Shown: positions 34,688-47,996, counted from the whole stretch's first letter. The stretch is 58,477 bases of DNA, filler included, from Sphacelaria rigidula (GCA_964200075.2; 7 parts of 7 records of this genome joined end to end with filler, not necessarily neighbours in it), one strand, 5' to 3'. The notes: generated by a model from the sequence alone, not told the origin. Numbers and translations: made by a program.

Positions 34688-35574
34688 AATGTAAGCTTTT
34701 CGTTTGTCGTTGTCCTTGGACACGAGTTTCTCGACATGGGACAGGCGGCGAGTGAAGACATCATGCGATTTCGTGACTTGTCAATTTGAGTGTGGTGACC
34801 AGCTGCGTACAACGTACACTCATTGTGCCAGATTGTGATGTATATCCGAATCAGCAGATTGCCTGTCATATGTCTTGTCTAGACGGCACTTAGGAGGCGG
34901 CATATAGCCCAAGATGCAGCACAGAGAGTGCGCGATGATATTCAATGATGCACCGTGTACGACAACCGGAAAATAAGGCATTCAATCGTACTAATGCAGG
35001 TATAGGTAGTACTTCGTATATATAAAACATGCATACACAGTAGCATGTCATGAAGATGCATACTAACCTGTTGTCTTGCCGCTTCAGACCCGTTGTCGAA
35101 GTCTGGCTTTCGTTGTCAAAGTCTGGCTTTCGGTAATATTGGGAATCCCGGTATATGAGGAACCCCGGTAGACAAGACTACAGGTCTGTTCAGAGTTGGT
35201 CGGATACGAATGTGAACCTGTATAATTACGGGGATGGCTTGTCTTTGATCGTGCTTCACGATCAAAGCCCCCCCCCACCAACCACTATCAACTGCTCCCA
35301 TCTGCTAGCCAGCAAAAGGAAGTCTAACCATCGGTGAGAGATGTTGGCTGGTCTGGGTTGGATTGATTGAGGGTATCGGAGTTAGAATCAAGATAATTAA
35401 GAGAGAAGTCAAGAACCTATTTGCGTGAACCTCGGCTAACATCTGGATATTGACCAGGTTACACGGCATCTGCAAGTTGTAACAGTCTGACGGTTGTACA
35501 CTTGCCTGCCAAGCTTGTGCCTTGGGTTGTAAGCTGTGTCCTTGCATTATACTGCCGCTTGCTCTTTATCACAT

Positions 35575-35592
35575 TGGCGTCTGACTAAGGAA
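35575..35592 (+). other. Possible primer-binding site after an LTR end (...ATCACA)
   Basis: TCACA-T-TGGCGTCTGACTAAGGA about 1.6 kb upstream of a Gag-like ORF; LTR start not confirmed. Confidence 0.4.
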
Positions 35593-37533
35593 CTTCCTCT
35601 TTGGCTGTTGCGTTTCTTTCTTGTACCGATTTGTATCCCTGGCTGCCAGCTGTGTACTCCAGCTTTTTGATCATTTGCCCCCTTTTCCCCTTCAGGACGG
35701 CTTTAGTCAAACCTACCGCCAGGTAGTCAGTAGCTCTACAAGCTTCTGCCCCGCGTGTCTTTCGATAAAGTATTTGTGCCCAGCTACTTGCAAGTGCTGT
35801 AGCGCTCGACGACACATCTAGTGTGGCCAACGTGGGGTCAACGCGCACTGCTTGCTATTCCGCCGTGCTGTCAATTTGACATCACCTGCACAAGGCTCCA
35901 CGGTATCAGGTCCGCCTGTACGTCTACGATCTTTCGTGATTCACCAGCCCGGTACGACCACCGCACCAAGCCATCGTTGGCTCGTTTATTTGGCCTTGTG
36001 GCCCCCTTTCCTTCTACAGAATAAGCCTTCCACTACAGGTTTGTACAGAACACCAGTGCACAAAGGCGCACTGTTGTTCATCGCCAGCCGCTGTTCCTAA
36101 TCTGAGCTCCTGCCAAGCCGGCACGCTGCTGCTTTTTTTTCCGTATCGATTGTACGCGACTGTTGTATCTTTTCTTCACGAAATTACTGAACAAGTACAA
36201 ACCGTGCTCACACAGTGTGATAACGGACATCTGTACACGAACGTTGGATTGTTCTGGCACTTTACCTTCGTTGCTCGTAGAAACCTTTTGTTGTTGTAGC
36301 TTTAGCTTCATTGCTGGTGGCTACTTTGTTCTTGTTGTTCTCTTGTGCACTTCGCACAACCGTAAGGCAACGCGGTACATCACCGTCGTAAGTAACAATA
36401 CACAGCATAACGTACTGTGAGTTTTTCCTCCTTTGACCCCTTCTCGAACGAACAAATTTATTGTTCCGAAACGGTTTCGTTGAAATACTACTAGTTGAAA
36501 CATTTCAACCTCCGTTACGTGCTTATTTGAACAAACAGCACCTGAAATCGGTGCCCCTTTGCCTGTGCACTACATTTTTTGGCACCGCCCTCAGCGTTGT
36601 CCTTGCTGCGCAACTTTTGTGTGCATCATACGTTGCCTCGACTTCGTTGGATAACTAGCCTTCGCTCTGCACTACGCAGCCAGATTTCGCAGCCCCATAC
36701 CCAAGCTTTGTAAAAGCTTTTGTGTTGCATCGCACTGTGCAACTTTCGTGCGCATCTGAAAGCGAAAAGTTTCAGTTGCACACCGCCAGTTGCCCCTCAG
36801 TCTATCCCGTGATAATATAGTTGTAGTCTGCCTGTGACGCACACCCGGAACACGTATAGGTTTTACGACTTCCACGTACCAAAGTTGCTGCAGAAAATCG
36901 GGTCCTCGTTTTTTCTTCGACGACATACGTCTGTCCTGTGCACAATTCCGAGCTCCGTTGATAGCCCTAACCGCCACAACCTTAATAAAGTTGTACTAAC
37001 CAGACCCCGGACATAGTTGTTACATACAGCAATTCGCTTTAATAAATTACTCAAGCACATCGGGTCCCACGGTCCCCCCAAGCGCTATTAGGCTTTATTA
37101 TCCAGCAATTTCGGATATAAGCTCCGACTTTTGCACGTAGCAGCTCGTTTGTCACGCTCCTTTAATTAGAGCTCACAGACCAGACATACTGCACCTGCCT
37201 TTTTGAAATAAAGGTTGAGCACTAATATCATGTCGCACAACAATATCGCTGGCTCTTCCCCTCAATTGAGAAACCAACTGCTTCGCCGGACCCGAAGTCA
37301 AACTACTGGCGGTTCAAAATCTTTCAAGATGACCGGCACGCCACCTTCAACACATCGCCGCACGTATGCGAGCGCTGTTCGCTCTTCGGGATCTGAAGAC
37401 CAACATTCGAGCGAAGCTCATTCTTCAACACTTGAAGACCAGACTTCGAGGCCGAGACCTGTTCTTTCACGTTCCGACTTGAACTCAGAGAACATGGTAG
37501 TGCACCCGGCCGAGTCATTGGTTCCTGACGCGC

Positions 37534-40266
37534 ATGTCAGTGCATAACGGTGGATTCCGTCGCACACCCTCGCTGGCCCCTGTTCCCCCGAATCCCAATG
37601 TGGAATCCGGAGTTAGGATTGTGCCCTCAGTCGAGTCAATGCCCCTGGACAAACGTGTCCAGCTCGGCCCTGCCACGGTTGCTTCAACCATGGCACCCCG
37701 TCGCCTGACAGTTGACAACTCTCGAGACAATCCTGTCCCGACGAAGCGCATCGCTTCTGGAGAAAGAGACTTTGTCACACGGGCTGCTTCCGTTACGGAC
37801 CCCCTTCGCACGACTCTTGATAGTCCCATGAGCCCTACTGCGCAGTCCAATGTCGGACCTGCAGTTGCGACCATGCATGCTGCCATGCAAACTCTGCATC
37901 GCACCTCCTCGGCGTCATCGCTATCGCCAGCGCCAGCTCTCATCAAGACATTTACGGCTTTTTGCCACGCCAAGCTCCAAGACCAGTCGAAGTCTGCTCA
38001 TGTGCAATTCAATGATGATTCTGCACCTGCCACGCCCAAACTCGTATGTCTAGCGACCCGTTCGGCGACATCGCGTCCTCCGTTCGTCACTCATGATAAA
38101 TTCAACGAACATGAGTCCAGCCCTTCCTCAACGTCGCAACAGAGCCATACTCGTGCTTCTGACCGGCGCCGCACACCGAGACTTGGTCATGACCATGTCT
38201 CTCGTTCTAGCAGTTCTAAGGGCCACTCCCAGCAAAGCTTGAATTCATCGCGCGCTTCCACACGCCCGAAGAATATCGGTTATAGACACAAATATGAAGG
38301 TAGTTCACGCCATACTTTCAATTCATCTCGCGCTCCAAAGCGCCCGGTGAATGCTAACCATGGCCGTACTCACGAGGATGCCTTGCAGCCCAGATCAAGT
38401 TCTTCGCGCGTGAACTCGCGTTCGAACAACTCCGATCATGCACCTCCGCGCATCTCTACTGCTCAGCCTTTGTCACACAACCGTTATGTACGCAATGATA
38501 ACACGGTACATGCTGACGATATCCAAAACATATTTTCGTACATGTCACCGACCCCGGAATCCTCACTTGCAGGATCCGACCGCACCTCATCGCACAAACG
38601 ACGACAACGCACTGACCGCGAACCACCGTCTCGTTCCGATGCTGCGCTTATTCGCTCTCTGCAACAACGTTTGACAGATCTTGAACGACAACTGCCAACA
38701 GCAACAATGGACACCAAGGGTACTACCGCTGCGGCGAAGCCTACGAGGGAGACCACCAACGCCGCTCCCACTACCACCGCAGCCGCCACTACCGTGGTCA
38801 CTGCGCTTTCTGCAGTAGCCACTGCAGCCACGACCCCAACTCCTGCTGCCGCCCAGCTTTCAGTAGACACTGATGCGGACAGTGGTCCCACCACTGCCCC
38901 TATCGGGGACGTCTCCGTGCGCTCGCCTCCTTCGGTGGAGGATCTTCCTCCGTTCGGCGTCGAGCATTGCCCCGCCGGGCTTCTCTTGCGATTGTTCCAG
39001 GACCGCCCCCACGCGGAACAAGAACACCTCATCCAAGACTACAAGCGCCAAGCCCCGGCGCTAATTCGCAGTCTACTCGACCAGCAACGCAGTGCTGACG
39101 AGGCTGCCGCCCGCCTCCTTTTGGAGGAACATGCTGCCAAGCTGGAGGATTTTCAGCGACAGGCTTCACTCGCCCAAGCCACCAAGACGGTGGCACACAG
39201 AGCATTGCACGAAGGAGAGACTGCAGCCTTGACGGCACAAAGGAGGGTTCGCGAGCTACAAGAGCATGTTCGGCGAACTACGCAAGAAGCTGATTCGTCG
39301 ATGGCGCGAGTGATTCACCATCAAGCCTCCCCGCCGCCTTCCGCCGACCACTTGCTTGAAGCTCGACATCCTCTACAGTCCACGCCCACCAGGTCAGACT
39401 ACGTGATGCCACGTAAGTCCGACAGGGCGTCCTCTGGAGCAACCGCCGCCGCCCCCACGCCGTCTCGTGTACCTGGCCCGGCGGTCACTGCCAGCCCCAC
39501 CACACGCTTGCAACTTGCTTCACACGAACAAGTATGGCTTTCTCGGTCTGCGGCTGATTATACCGGCCCCTTTCACCGAAACAATCACCTGCACTGTTCC
39601 CGCCACGCTTGGAACATCATCTCGCAACGTATGTTAGCCGTTATTGGCGGCTACGTGGAACAGGGTGGCTTCTTCCCTGATGACGGCGTGTCGGCGATCA
39701 CCTTGGGCCAACTGGTCCTCCAGGCGACAATCGGCGATAGTCCGAATCTCAACCGGTACGTCGACACTGTCACCAAGCTTTTTGCGGCGCTACGCGCCGC
39801 TTCTAGCTCTGAACCCGCTGCGCCTCTTCGCGACGACGACGAAGATGAGGATGGGTGGACCACCACGACCTCCAATTTCCGGGGTCACAAGAAGAATCAC
39901 CGTCGCGATGACGATGATAACGATGGAGGGAATTCACGCCGCCGCCATGGTGGTGGAGGATCCTCTTCGGGCGGCTCCGGATCGAACCACCCGCCCCGCA
40001 AGCCGAAAGGCAAGCACACCGGAGGTAACTCTTCCGGCTCATCCGCATCGGCCTGGAACCGGTCCGGTGCAGCTCTTCCCGCCTCGGGCTCGGAGACCTC
40101 CAGGCAAGTAATTCCTAGGTTGGCTGATGTTTCGGCCCGCATTTTAGGTTTGTCCGATATGGATACACCTGACCGTCCTTTGTCTTCTACTGCAGCCCGC
40201 GCTTTAGCAACCGCCGCGGCTGACAAAGAACGTTCCGAAGCTAGCAAAAAAAGCAGCTTTCGATAG
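37534..40266 (+). CDS. 910-aa low-complexity ORF, N-terminal part of a giant Gag-like protein
   Basis: Intronless, S/T/A/R/P-rich with coiled-coil-like segments; continues after a stop and frameshift into a CCHC-containing ORF. Confidence 0.6.
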   Translation: MSVHNGGFRRTPSLAPVPPNPNVESGVRIVPSVESMPLDKRVQLGPATVASTMAPRRLTVDNSRDNPVPTKRIASGERDFVTRAASVTDPLRTTLDSPMSPTAQSNVGPAVATMHAAMQTLHRTSSASSLSPAPALIKTFTAFCHAKLQDQSKSAHVQFNDDSAPATPKLVCLATRSATSRPPFVTHDKFNEHESSPSSTSQQSHTRASDRRRTPRLGHDHVSRSSSSKGHSQQSLNSSRASTRPKNIGYRHKYEGSSRHTFNSSRAPKRPVNANHGRTHEDALQPRSSSSRVNSRSNNSDHAPPRISTAQPLSHNRYVRNDNTVHADDIQNIFSYMSPTPESSLAGSDRTSSHKRRQRTDREPPSRSDAALIRSLQQRLTDLERQLPTATMDTKGTTAAAKPTRETTNAAPTTTAAATTVVTALSAVATAATTPTPAAAQLSVDTDADSGPTTAPIGDVSVRSPPSVEDLPPFGVEHCPAGLLLRLFQDRPHAEQEHLIQDYKRQAPALIRSLLDQQRSADEAAARLLLEEHAAKLEDFQRQASLAQATKTVAHRALHEGETAALTAQRRVRELQEHVRRTTQEADSSMARVIHHQASPPPSADHLLEARHPLQSTPTRSDYVMPRKSDRASSGATAAAPTPSRVPGPAVTASPTTRLQLASHEQVWLSRSAADYTGPFHRNNHLHCSRHAWNIISQRMLAVIGGYVEQGGFFPDDGVSAITLGQLVLQATIGDSPNLNRYVDTVTKLFAALRAASSSEPAAPLRDDDEDEDGWTTTTSNFRGHKKNHRRDDDDNDGGNSRRRHGGGGSSSGGSGSNHPPRKPKGKHTGGNSSGSSASAWNRSGAALPASGSETSRQVIPRLADVSARILGLSDMDTPDRPLSSTAARALATAAADKERSEASKKSSFR

Positions 40267-41577
40267 GGCTGAGTCTGCCCGACTAGCTGCAATACAGAGA
40301 CAGTATATTCAGATGGATGTGAAAAAAACTCTGGCACATCAAGACTATGCCTGCCGCGGATAGCGAAGATTCGGGCCAGTTTACTTCTGACCTTATCACG
40401 TCCATCCGCCGCACTGTTTGTAACATCCTTCACTTGGCGGATGTGACTGGCACACAACGTTTCGAAGACTCAGACTGGGTATAGGGCTGGCAGACTCCCT
40501 TGCACGAAGCAATGCATCGATCGATCAGCCGCCGCTCTCCCGACCTCACTGCTTCTTTGACGCAGGTGCTCGACGGATTCCTCGCCGAGATGGATCCGGA
40601 TCGTTCCCAAGGGAAGACAGGCCCGCAATTACTCTCTGATTTGGAACGGCGTCTCATTGGTTACTTTGACAAAAGTGATCAAGCCAGCCTCATCCAGAGG
40701 CTGAGTTCTTTTGTCGTCGCATCTGATATCCCCTTCGCGGATTATCTCTGCGAGTTTAAGCTTTTGGTTTCGGGTACGACGGGTGTCGGGCGCCAGAATG
40801 GACCGAGCGATGCAATGTGTCAGACTTATTACGTTCGCAATAGCGTTGCTCAACAGTATCCGGCTCTGATGCCGTCGTTATTTCCGGGTGTCTTGGCGCA
40901 TCGTGAGGTGCTTTTCGCCTGCCTTGATGCTATGTGGTCTGATTTTGTACACCAGGAGAGTAATCTAACACCTGCCATACGTGGCAAACCTTCAATGTCT
41001 GCGCGTTCACAACCTACGGTTGTGTCCCCTGCTCATGCCCAAGGGGCTCGCGGCAGGAATTCGAGTTCGTCTCGCGCTTCATGGACCCCCGACTCAGTCG
41101 CCGGTTCAGCTATGCATGTTCAGAGTACCAGAGATGCATTTAGCGCGAGTTTTGACGGTTTGCCGTTTTCCGAGGAAACTTGGGATTATGTTTATCTGAC
41201 TTCAACCTTGGCATTCATAACCGATGACCCCCATTCGTGGAAACCCCTTCTTTCGTCTTCGGCTAGACGCAATGCCTTCAGCAGTCATTCCAACAGTTGC
41301 ATCAACTGTAGTGTTCGAGGTCACAGCATGCGCGACTGTGACAGTCCATGCATCGACGCCTTTGATCTCATGAACCCTGAATTGCAGGACAATGAACCCG
41401 CGTGACGCCGATGGCAAAAAACGCATGCGCGATTATCGTCCACCAACTAAAAATTACCGCAGCAATTCGAACCAACGTGGCAAAAAAAGCTCTAACCGCG
41501 GTCGCCGACACAACAACAATCACGGAAACCCTCGACAGAACGACAAACAATTCTCGCGACAACAAACGCCCCGCTGA
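40267..41577 (+). pseudogene. Gag core with CCHC zinc knuckle, disrupted
   Basis: CINCSVRGHSMRDC (CX2CX4HX4C) at 41298-41339; PFADYLCEFKLLV resembles the Gag major homology region. Confidence 0.75.
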
Positions 41578-41743
41578 TAGACACCAGCGGACGGGACCGA
41601 CACGAAGTTCTAATAACAACGTTTTCGTGAGATTGAGAATCTACGATACGATAGAGAGTAGGCTTTTCATGGCTTTCAGCGGCCGGAAGTGTCTGCATCA
41701 TTAATGGACAAAACGCTTACCTCGCACATTGGTGCAAAATCCT

Positions 41744-41843
41744 NNNNNNNNNNNNNNNNNNNNNNNNNNNNNNNNNNNNNNNNNNNNTTAATTAATTAAN
41801 NNNNNNNNNNNNNNNNNNNNNNNNNNNNNNNNNNNNNNNNNNN
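41744..41843. other. Artificial contig spacer
   Basis: N44-TTAATTAATTAA-N44. Confidence 0.99.
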
Positions 41844-41869
41844 CACGGTGGAAATCATACATATCGAAG

Positions 41870-41949
41870 AAAAACCCCAACGCATCGGGAATCGAACCCC
41901 CGTTCTCTTCACCCTAATGGCGACAGTCGGACCATTGCGCCACCGGGGC
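41870..41949 (-). mobile_element. tRNA-derived element (second SINE-type head or tRNA pseudogene)
   Basis: GCCCCGG, A-box TGGCGCAATGG, B-box GGTTCGATTCC, then a T run; acceptor stem does not close. Confidence 0.6.
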
Positions 41950-44088
41950 GCAGCAATGACACACTGAATAGTTTTCGGTCGGTGAATATGAATTTTCGTT
42001 CTGCAATATACGGTGTAGCTCCTCATGGCGTATGTTGTAGTCTGCAGTTATCTCTTCATCCCGTATGCACGTCCATCGGTGTGTATGTGTGTTTAGGGCT
42101 GTGAACTAGCGGCTCTGGTCTATTGGGTTTAATTTGACCGCGTTAGCGGGCCGTGCATCGATGTTTTCCCAGTTCATCAGTCGGCGATAAACTGAAAAAG
42201 TAACGATAGCGGGCGTCGAAGCCGCAAGCCTCAACGGCCGTCTCCGGCTGGTGAGGGGGCTCCGCGGGAGGGCCGCCGAAGGCCAAAAAAATGCGAGATG
42301 CGACTGATTTTCCCATCAGAAATCTTCTTCGTGGTCACTGTAACCCTGTTGAGAAAACGTCATGAATCGTCATTACTTACGGCAGATTGTACGCTTTGTA
42401 TCAGTATAGGTCACGAGTTCAGGTTTATTGTTGTCCGACCGCAAATGGCTCAAACGTCGGATAACACTCCTCCCTTTTTTTCGCCGAGATCGTTCAGGGA
42501 GGAGATGCGTTTGTTTTATCCCTGAAGGCGGGAGGAGGGAGTTATAAGGGAATAGTTTGTAATTGATACATTCTGACCATGCTCCCCGCGTATTTGGGGG
42601 CATCCCTATTTGTGTGTGTGTTGCCGTCCCACCTATTCTATTCGGGTGTGAGTGCTTATGTAACTAGCGAAAACAGTAGATAACACCCCCATCGTGTCTG
42701 GGGACGAGATGAAGCGATTTCATCCCCGAATTGGGAGAAATGGGGGAGCGAGGAAAAATACTTCAATCGTTCACGCGTTCTATCGATGTGCCCGGGTGTT
42801 TAGGTGCATTGCCATTCGTGTGTGTAGCAGGCCAATACGGTAGAGACCACCCGGGTGACAATTGATTTGAGGAGGGGATGCGTACATCAAATCTCCGGGT
42901 TAGGGAAGATTTATTTATATTTGATATTTTCCATTGATTTCATTTATATTTGATATTTTCCATTTTCCAGAGATTCCGGAAGAATTTCGTGTCATCCAAA
43001 CGTATTGCCATTTGCACGGTATACGCCAAAACGGTGGATGCCACCCATGAACTCACGGTAGAAAAGCACCCCCCCAGGGACGGCTGTTTCCTGTCTCGTG
43101 CGCTACCATGCATCCCTCGCCCAAATTCGACTCAAGAATGTCGTTTATACATCATTATGCGTTATCCGTCAAATTTATGAGTTAGTTTCGTGACGTATGG
43201 AACATGAATATCTCAGAAACGTGGCCTGGAATAGCGCGGAACTGCCCTATACTAAAATTGAGTCAAACATGTAGAACATAGACTGACGGCAAACTTCATA
43301 ATTAACAGGACAACTGGCGTTCTCGTCGCGAGGTCCAGTTCAACCGACAGTATTAACTGGTTCAGTTCACAGCCCTATGTATTTTCGTTTTTTGCATCAT
43401 TCCATCCGCTTTTTTTCCGTGTGTGTGGGCTTCACCGAACACCCCTACCTGACCCATCAGGAGACGCGCTCGGGGTTCCTCCTGTATCACGGACGCAACG
43501 CATACCAAATACGCAGGTCAAGTTGCGAGCGGTGCGTGTTTTGGTCGACACATTCAAAGTTTCCAAACACCACGCGAACTAGCCGTGAACCTGACCCAAG
43601 GTCTCACCGTATTGAGCTGCAAGTTAACTTGGAGGCGTTGTATATCCAACCGTAGCCCGAACTCGGACGATATCCCCGAATCCAAACCGGAACACCTTGA
43701 CCCCAAGGCTGACGGTGTTGTTGGCAATTTGGTGACCCTTTCGACCGTGAAATATCATGTTTTTCTCTCTACGCAAACATTTGCTGTTTTTTACGCCGCG
43801 TGCAGTGAAATGCTCGCATCGCTCGTGGGGGAAAAAATCGTTTACCGCTAGAAGTCTCTCCTTGATGCAAACACTAGCGAAATATTTCACAAGAAAGACG
43901 ACGAGATGGTGTGGAGAAACCCCACAGAAGAAGGAAATGATCACGCATGTTTGCTAAAGAACAAAGCCTCCCTATCGGTAAACTCTGCGTCATAACGCGC
44001 TACCTCTGAACCCTTACCATATCCCTTGGCGCGGCTTTTGTTGTGGTGGTGGTGCTATTCATGCATGATGGGTTTCCATAATGTTCAG

Positions 44089-46691
44089 ATTAAGGCCGGG
44101 TTGCTTCGACTTCGCAACGTACAGGGGTTTTACGTGAAACCCCTGTCTTGCGACGACATCGCTCAGGGATCGAGAGCGTCCCTGAACCCCAACTTTAGCC
44201 ACAAGCGACAACGCGTGAAGATCAACATCGTCGATCATTCCAGACAGCCGCTCAAGGAGGCGAAGCCCACCACGGAGACCATCCAGGTGTGTGTGACGTG
44301 TGTCGCCATTTTTTTTCTCTTAATTCTCGTCGTACTTTTGTTTTTCTTCAACTCCTTGCTGGGTTGTTTTGATATTGTAATATTCAACAACTCGAGAACA
44401 AGTAACGCAATCAAGTAGGCGTCTGGTGTAATCAGGAGTCCCAGTAAAATAATCACAAATACAAATTATCTTTTCTTGGCGGTTATAAATGTCGAAGTAT
44501 ATTTCGATTCCGCTGTGCATCGTTCATCTCGCCGTTGTTGTTCTTGCTGCTGATGTGTTCGTGTTGTGGCCGACACTGGCTGAGCTGCACGCAACAAGGT
44601 CGTGATGTTTTTGCCCGATGTCCTTTTATTTTGGTCAAGCATCTAGCGCGGCATTCTTTTTTTGTTGGGAGTGCTTTTGTCTTCTTGCGTGTGTTGCGTG
44701 TCTCTTTCAGCACCGTTTTTCGAAGAGCGCAGAGTAAGTGCGCGCATGACGTGAAATCAAAACCACTCGTGCACTCAACCCCATGGTTGCCCTCGCTAAA
44801 CGTGTGCAACACTAGGTAGAATCCAAGAGATGGAGATGAACTTCGTCCGGCCGAAAAAATGTGTCCAATAGCATGAAGATATCGTGTGTTGAGGAACATG
44901 CAGGGCCCGTTCTGACCACCTTTCTCGAACTGTTCCCCAGTCGAAGCCCCCCTTCTCTCTACTCTCTGCTATGGCTTGATACAGGACCGGAAGATGTCGG
45001 TCCAGGCGGCTCTCTGCCGAGTTATGAAGATCCGCAAGGAGTGCGGACATCGTGATCTTGTCTCACAGGTACCAATGAATAACATTTACTCCTAAGTTAC
45101 ATTTCATACCCGCCTTGTTGTATGTAAGTACACCTTGATCTTGTATCACGTAAACACCAGTATGATGCGAGGATACAGAGATGTGCTGAGTTTTCTTCCA
45201 GCCAGACTGGACATGCCCCCCTTCCCCCACAAAAAATGAAATATTGACGTGAAACCCCAAAAGTAGACCCCAGCTTCCCTGTTGAAGCCGACAACCGGGG
45301 AGCAGGGGGAGGGGGATCGCTCACTCGGTATTTGGTCGTCTTCGGAAAGCGGTGTGCTGTTTTAGCGCGGCCTTCGATGGTCGGTGGGAGCGAAGCCTAA
45401 GGATTCGTTCTCGTTGCTGCGACACGTGTACTATAGATACGACCATCACACTCCTAGAACCTCTTGGACCAAAGCTGCGGTTGCCTTTTGGCGTCTCTTC
45501 GCAGGCCCGTTACTCATGTTTTGTTCGCCTTCCGCGATTCATCACGATCACGCACAAGTAGGCTGCCAGGATTACGCCACTGGGATGTTTCATCACCACG
45601 CATGAGTGAGTCAATGTGTTGATGAGTGACCCATCGATGCTTGGTGGTGTATAATAATGCTCATCATCTGCGTGGTGATGTTTCGATGTTGTCTTGACAT
45701 CCGCGGTGAACTTCTGTTCGAGACTGGGCATGCCACCGTTTTCGTTTCAAATTGGCGGTGAAGAAAGCTGCCACTCCCGCATTTGCAACGCCGATGTGTA
45801 AGACCGAAGCTCGCAGCCTCACTCCTCCCTTTAACGGCATGCTCATAGTGCGGGGCCTAATCCGAGGCCTGAGTTGTGATGTGGGCGGCCTGTGTTCCCC
45901 TTCTGTAAGATAATGGCGATACTCAAGATGGTCCGTCGATTGGCTGGTCTTGCATGAGGTCTTACATTACTTCAAACATGTCACGGCAACTTCGATGAGG
46001 TGGTTGATGTGTTTCCATTGCAGGTCTGAATGACACAAACAACATACGGAAAATCGTTTCGAACAGGATCGTCCCTCATCACGGACCCGATACAACAACA
46101 TATGTTCCCGTGTGTGTCGTGTATGTTGTGCATGAGTAAAAATGTTTACGTGAGATTGAGAGTAGAGGATACGATTGAGAGTGGAAGGCGGTCAATCAAT
46201 GAATGAATCGTTTCAGTTCCGAAATGCCCCCTCCACGTGGCCCGTTATTTTTTCTGTAGTAGCTCACCTCTGAGGCGCTTGATATCCCTGAGTAGGATAT
46301 CGACGTGTAGCTGTAAGCACACGGCAATGATGGAGGCAAAGAAGAGCACACACGGCAATGGAAGATTGGCTAAGTTGAAGCAAATGATCACAGCCGCTCT
46401 CAATCCGCGCTCTATTCTCAAAATTACGAACACGTTGTTGAGTGTGTTCATGTGTGCTTTTTCGTTGTGGTTTTTCCAGCGCTGATTTCAACTGTAGAAC
46501 CACGCACTTTTTCGTGCTCACTCCGTTCACGTGTGTGCTGCCCCTGTCAGGTCCAGCTACAACTGAAGCACTTGTTCGACGTGGACTACGCGTTCGTAAA
46601 GCGGAACATTGAGGAGTTGATCAACAAGGACTACCTGCACCGCTTGGAAGGAAGGGAACCAGGGAAAGAGGGCTATAAATACGTTGCTTGA
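44089..46691 (+). CDS. Cullin-family protein, 3' exons 44089-44286, 44985-45068, 46551-46691 (possible further exon 43461-43531)
   Basis: IKAGLL...LNPNFSHKRQRVKIN...TTETIQ|DRKMSVQAALCRVMKIRKECGHRDLVSQ|VQLQLKHLF...VKRNIEELINKDYLHR...YKYVA* is a cullin neddylation/winged-helix C-terminus; all junctions phase 0, AG/GT. Confidence 0.93.
46139..46438. mobile_element. MITE in the last cullin intron, same family as 19015-19312
   Basis: Colinear match including ATATCGACGTGTAGCTGTAAGCACACG. Confidence 0.8.
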
Positions 46692-47996
46692 AACATCCCC
46701 TATTTTGATGTCCCCACAGCGACCCAAGTCCCCGCAGCATCGCTGTACATTCGTGACGTTGCTCGCTATGCAGATATAGTAGTTGTACATAGGATGTTGA
46801 TGCGGCCGGCGTGGAATGGAATGTGGTGGGGGACACGGAGTGACGTGAACCATTGATGTTTCTTTTTTCAAGGATGGTCGCCGATATCATGGACGCATAG
46901 CTGGAGGAGTGCGTTTATCGCGTTGTTCCGGTGGACGACTGTAGCACATGCGACGGGTGTTTTTAGGGTGACTTAGGCTTGATTATTACTTTGCTCCTTG
47001 TACTTTTGCTGTTTTTGCTGCTTATCTTGACGGATTGTCTCGACAGATTTAACCCGAATGCGGGATTGTTGTTTCAAGTGTTTCGTTTCACAGGGTCAGT
47101 ACAGCATAACCGGATTCTCCTCGCCCTAAGGGTTTTGGCTCAGCCGCAATTTAGTGTGCGTCTTTTCTTCCCGCAGGCCAACCACATTCAGCTTCACGCT
47201 ACTTTCTGGGGCCTCGGCGCCGCACCACTTGAGGTTGGGGAAGATAGGTGCCGGGTGCTCTTCAGTGCGTTTTCCATTTCTTGACAGGGAGGGGGAGGGA
47301 GGTTGTGAAGAAAAGCGTTTTTTCTTGGGGTTACGTTTACACCTTTGTACATAGCCACGTGACTACTCGGGGGTGGCGGCTTATAGCGCCAAAGGTCAGC
47401 ATGTGCGTCCCTCGCGGCATGCGAGAGTTGCAGTGGAGGGTGAGAGAGAGGCTAGGAACAAATAGCCGATCGTAGGCCCGGGAAGCCACCGTACCCAGCT
47501 GAACACCCTTTGCGGGTTCGTTCGGTTAGCCGCTCAGAGTTCCACGTCAGATGTGGACGTGGTGTCATTTCGAGGGTTACTAAATTGTGCCATGCACGAC
47601 CGCCGCGCTACTGAAGGCGAAGCGTATGTTCGTTTAGAGTATGGATTGGATCATAGTGTCGACGGGGAGGGGAAGGGGTAAAGGGTGGAAAGAGTATCCA
47701 TTTCGTGCTTCGTTGATTGCTTTGTTCGATGTGTTGTGTTTTTTGTCGCGTTTGCTTACACGCTCTTTCGCCCGTCTACCTGTTCAATTCAGAAGGAAGG
47801 GGCGCTGCGTTTTTTCCGAGCAGCCGTTCTGTGTTGTTGCAGTGGAGCAGACCCCTCCAGCCTAACTTGTGGGTATATTAATGTAAATATGATTCAAAAG
47901 CAAGAATGTGCTCTCTTTCTTTCTCTCTCCCCCCTGTATTGGCGCGACACTCGGTGATACTGACCCTCTCCTCCTTCACCGATACTCGTTTTTTTT

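Noticed and set aside
21696-41405. TGA at expected Trp positions (21696, 23258, 32473, 41403) suggesting an alternative genetic code
   Set aside because: Host exons use TGG for Trp and the cullin ends in TGA. TGG to TGA is a single transition in decaying elements that also have frameshifts.
47126-47280. Possible minus-strand terminal exon (HPAPIFPNLKWCGAEAPE...)
   Set aside because: No recognisable homology, ambiguous frame and no partner exon identified.
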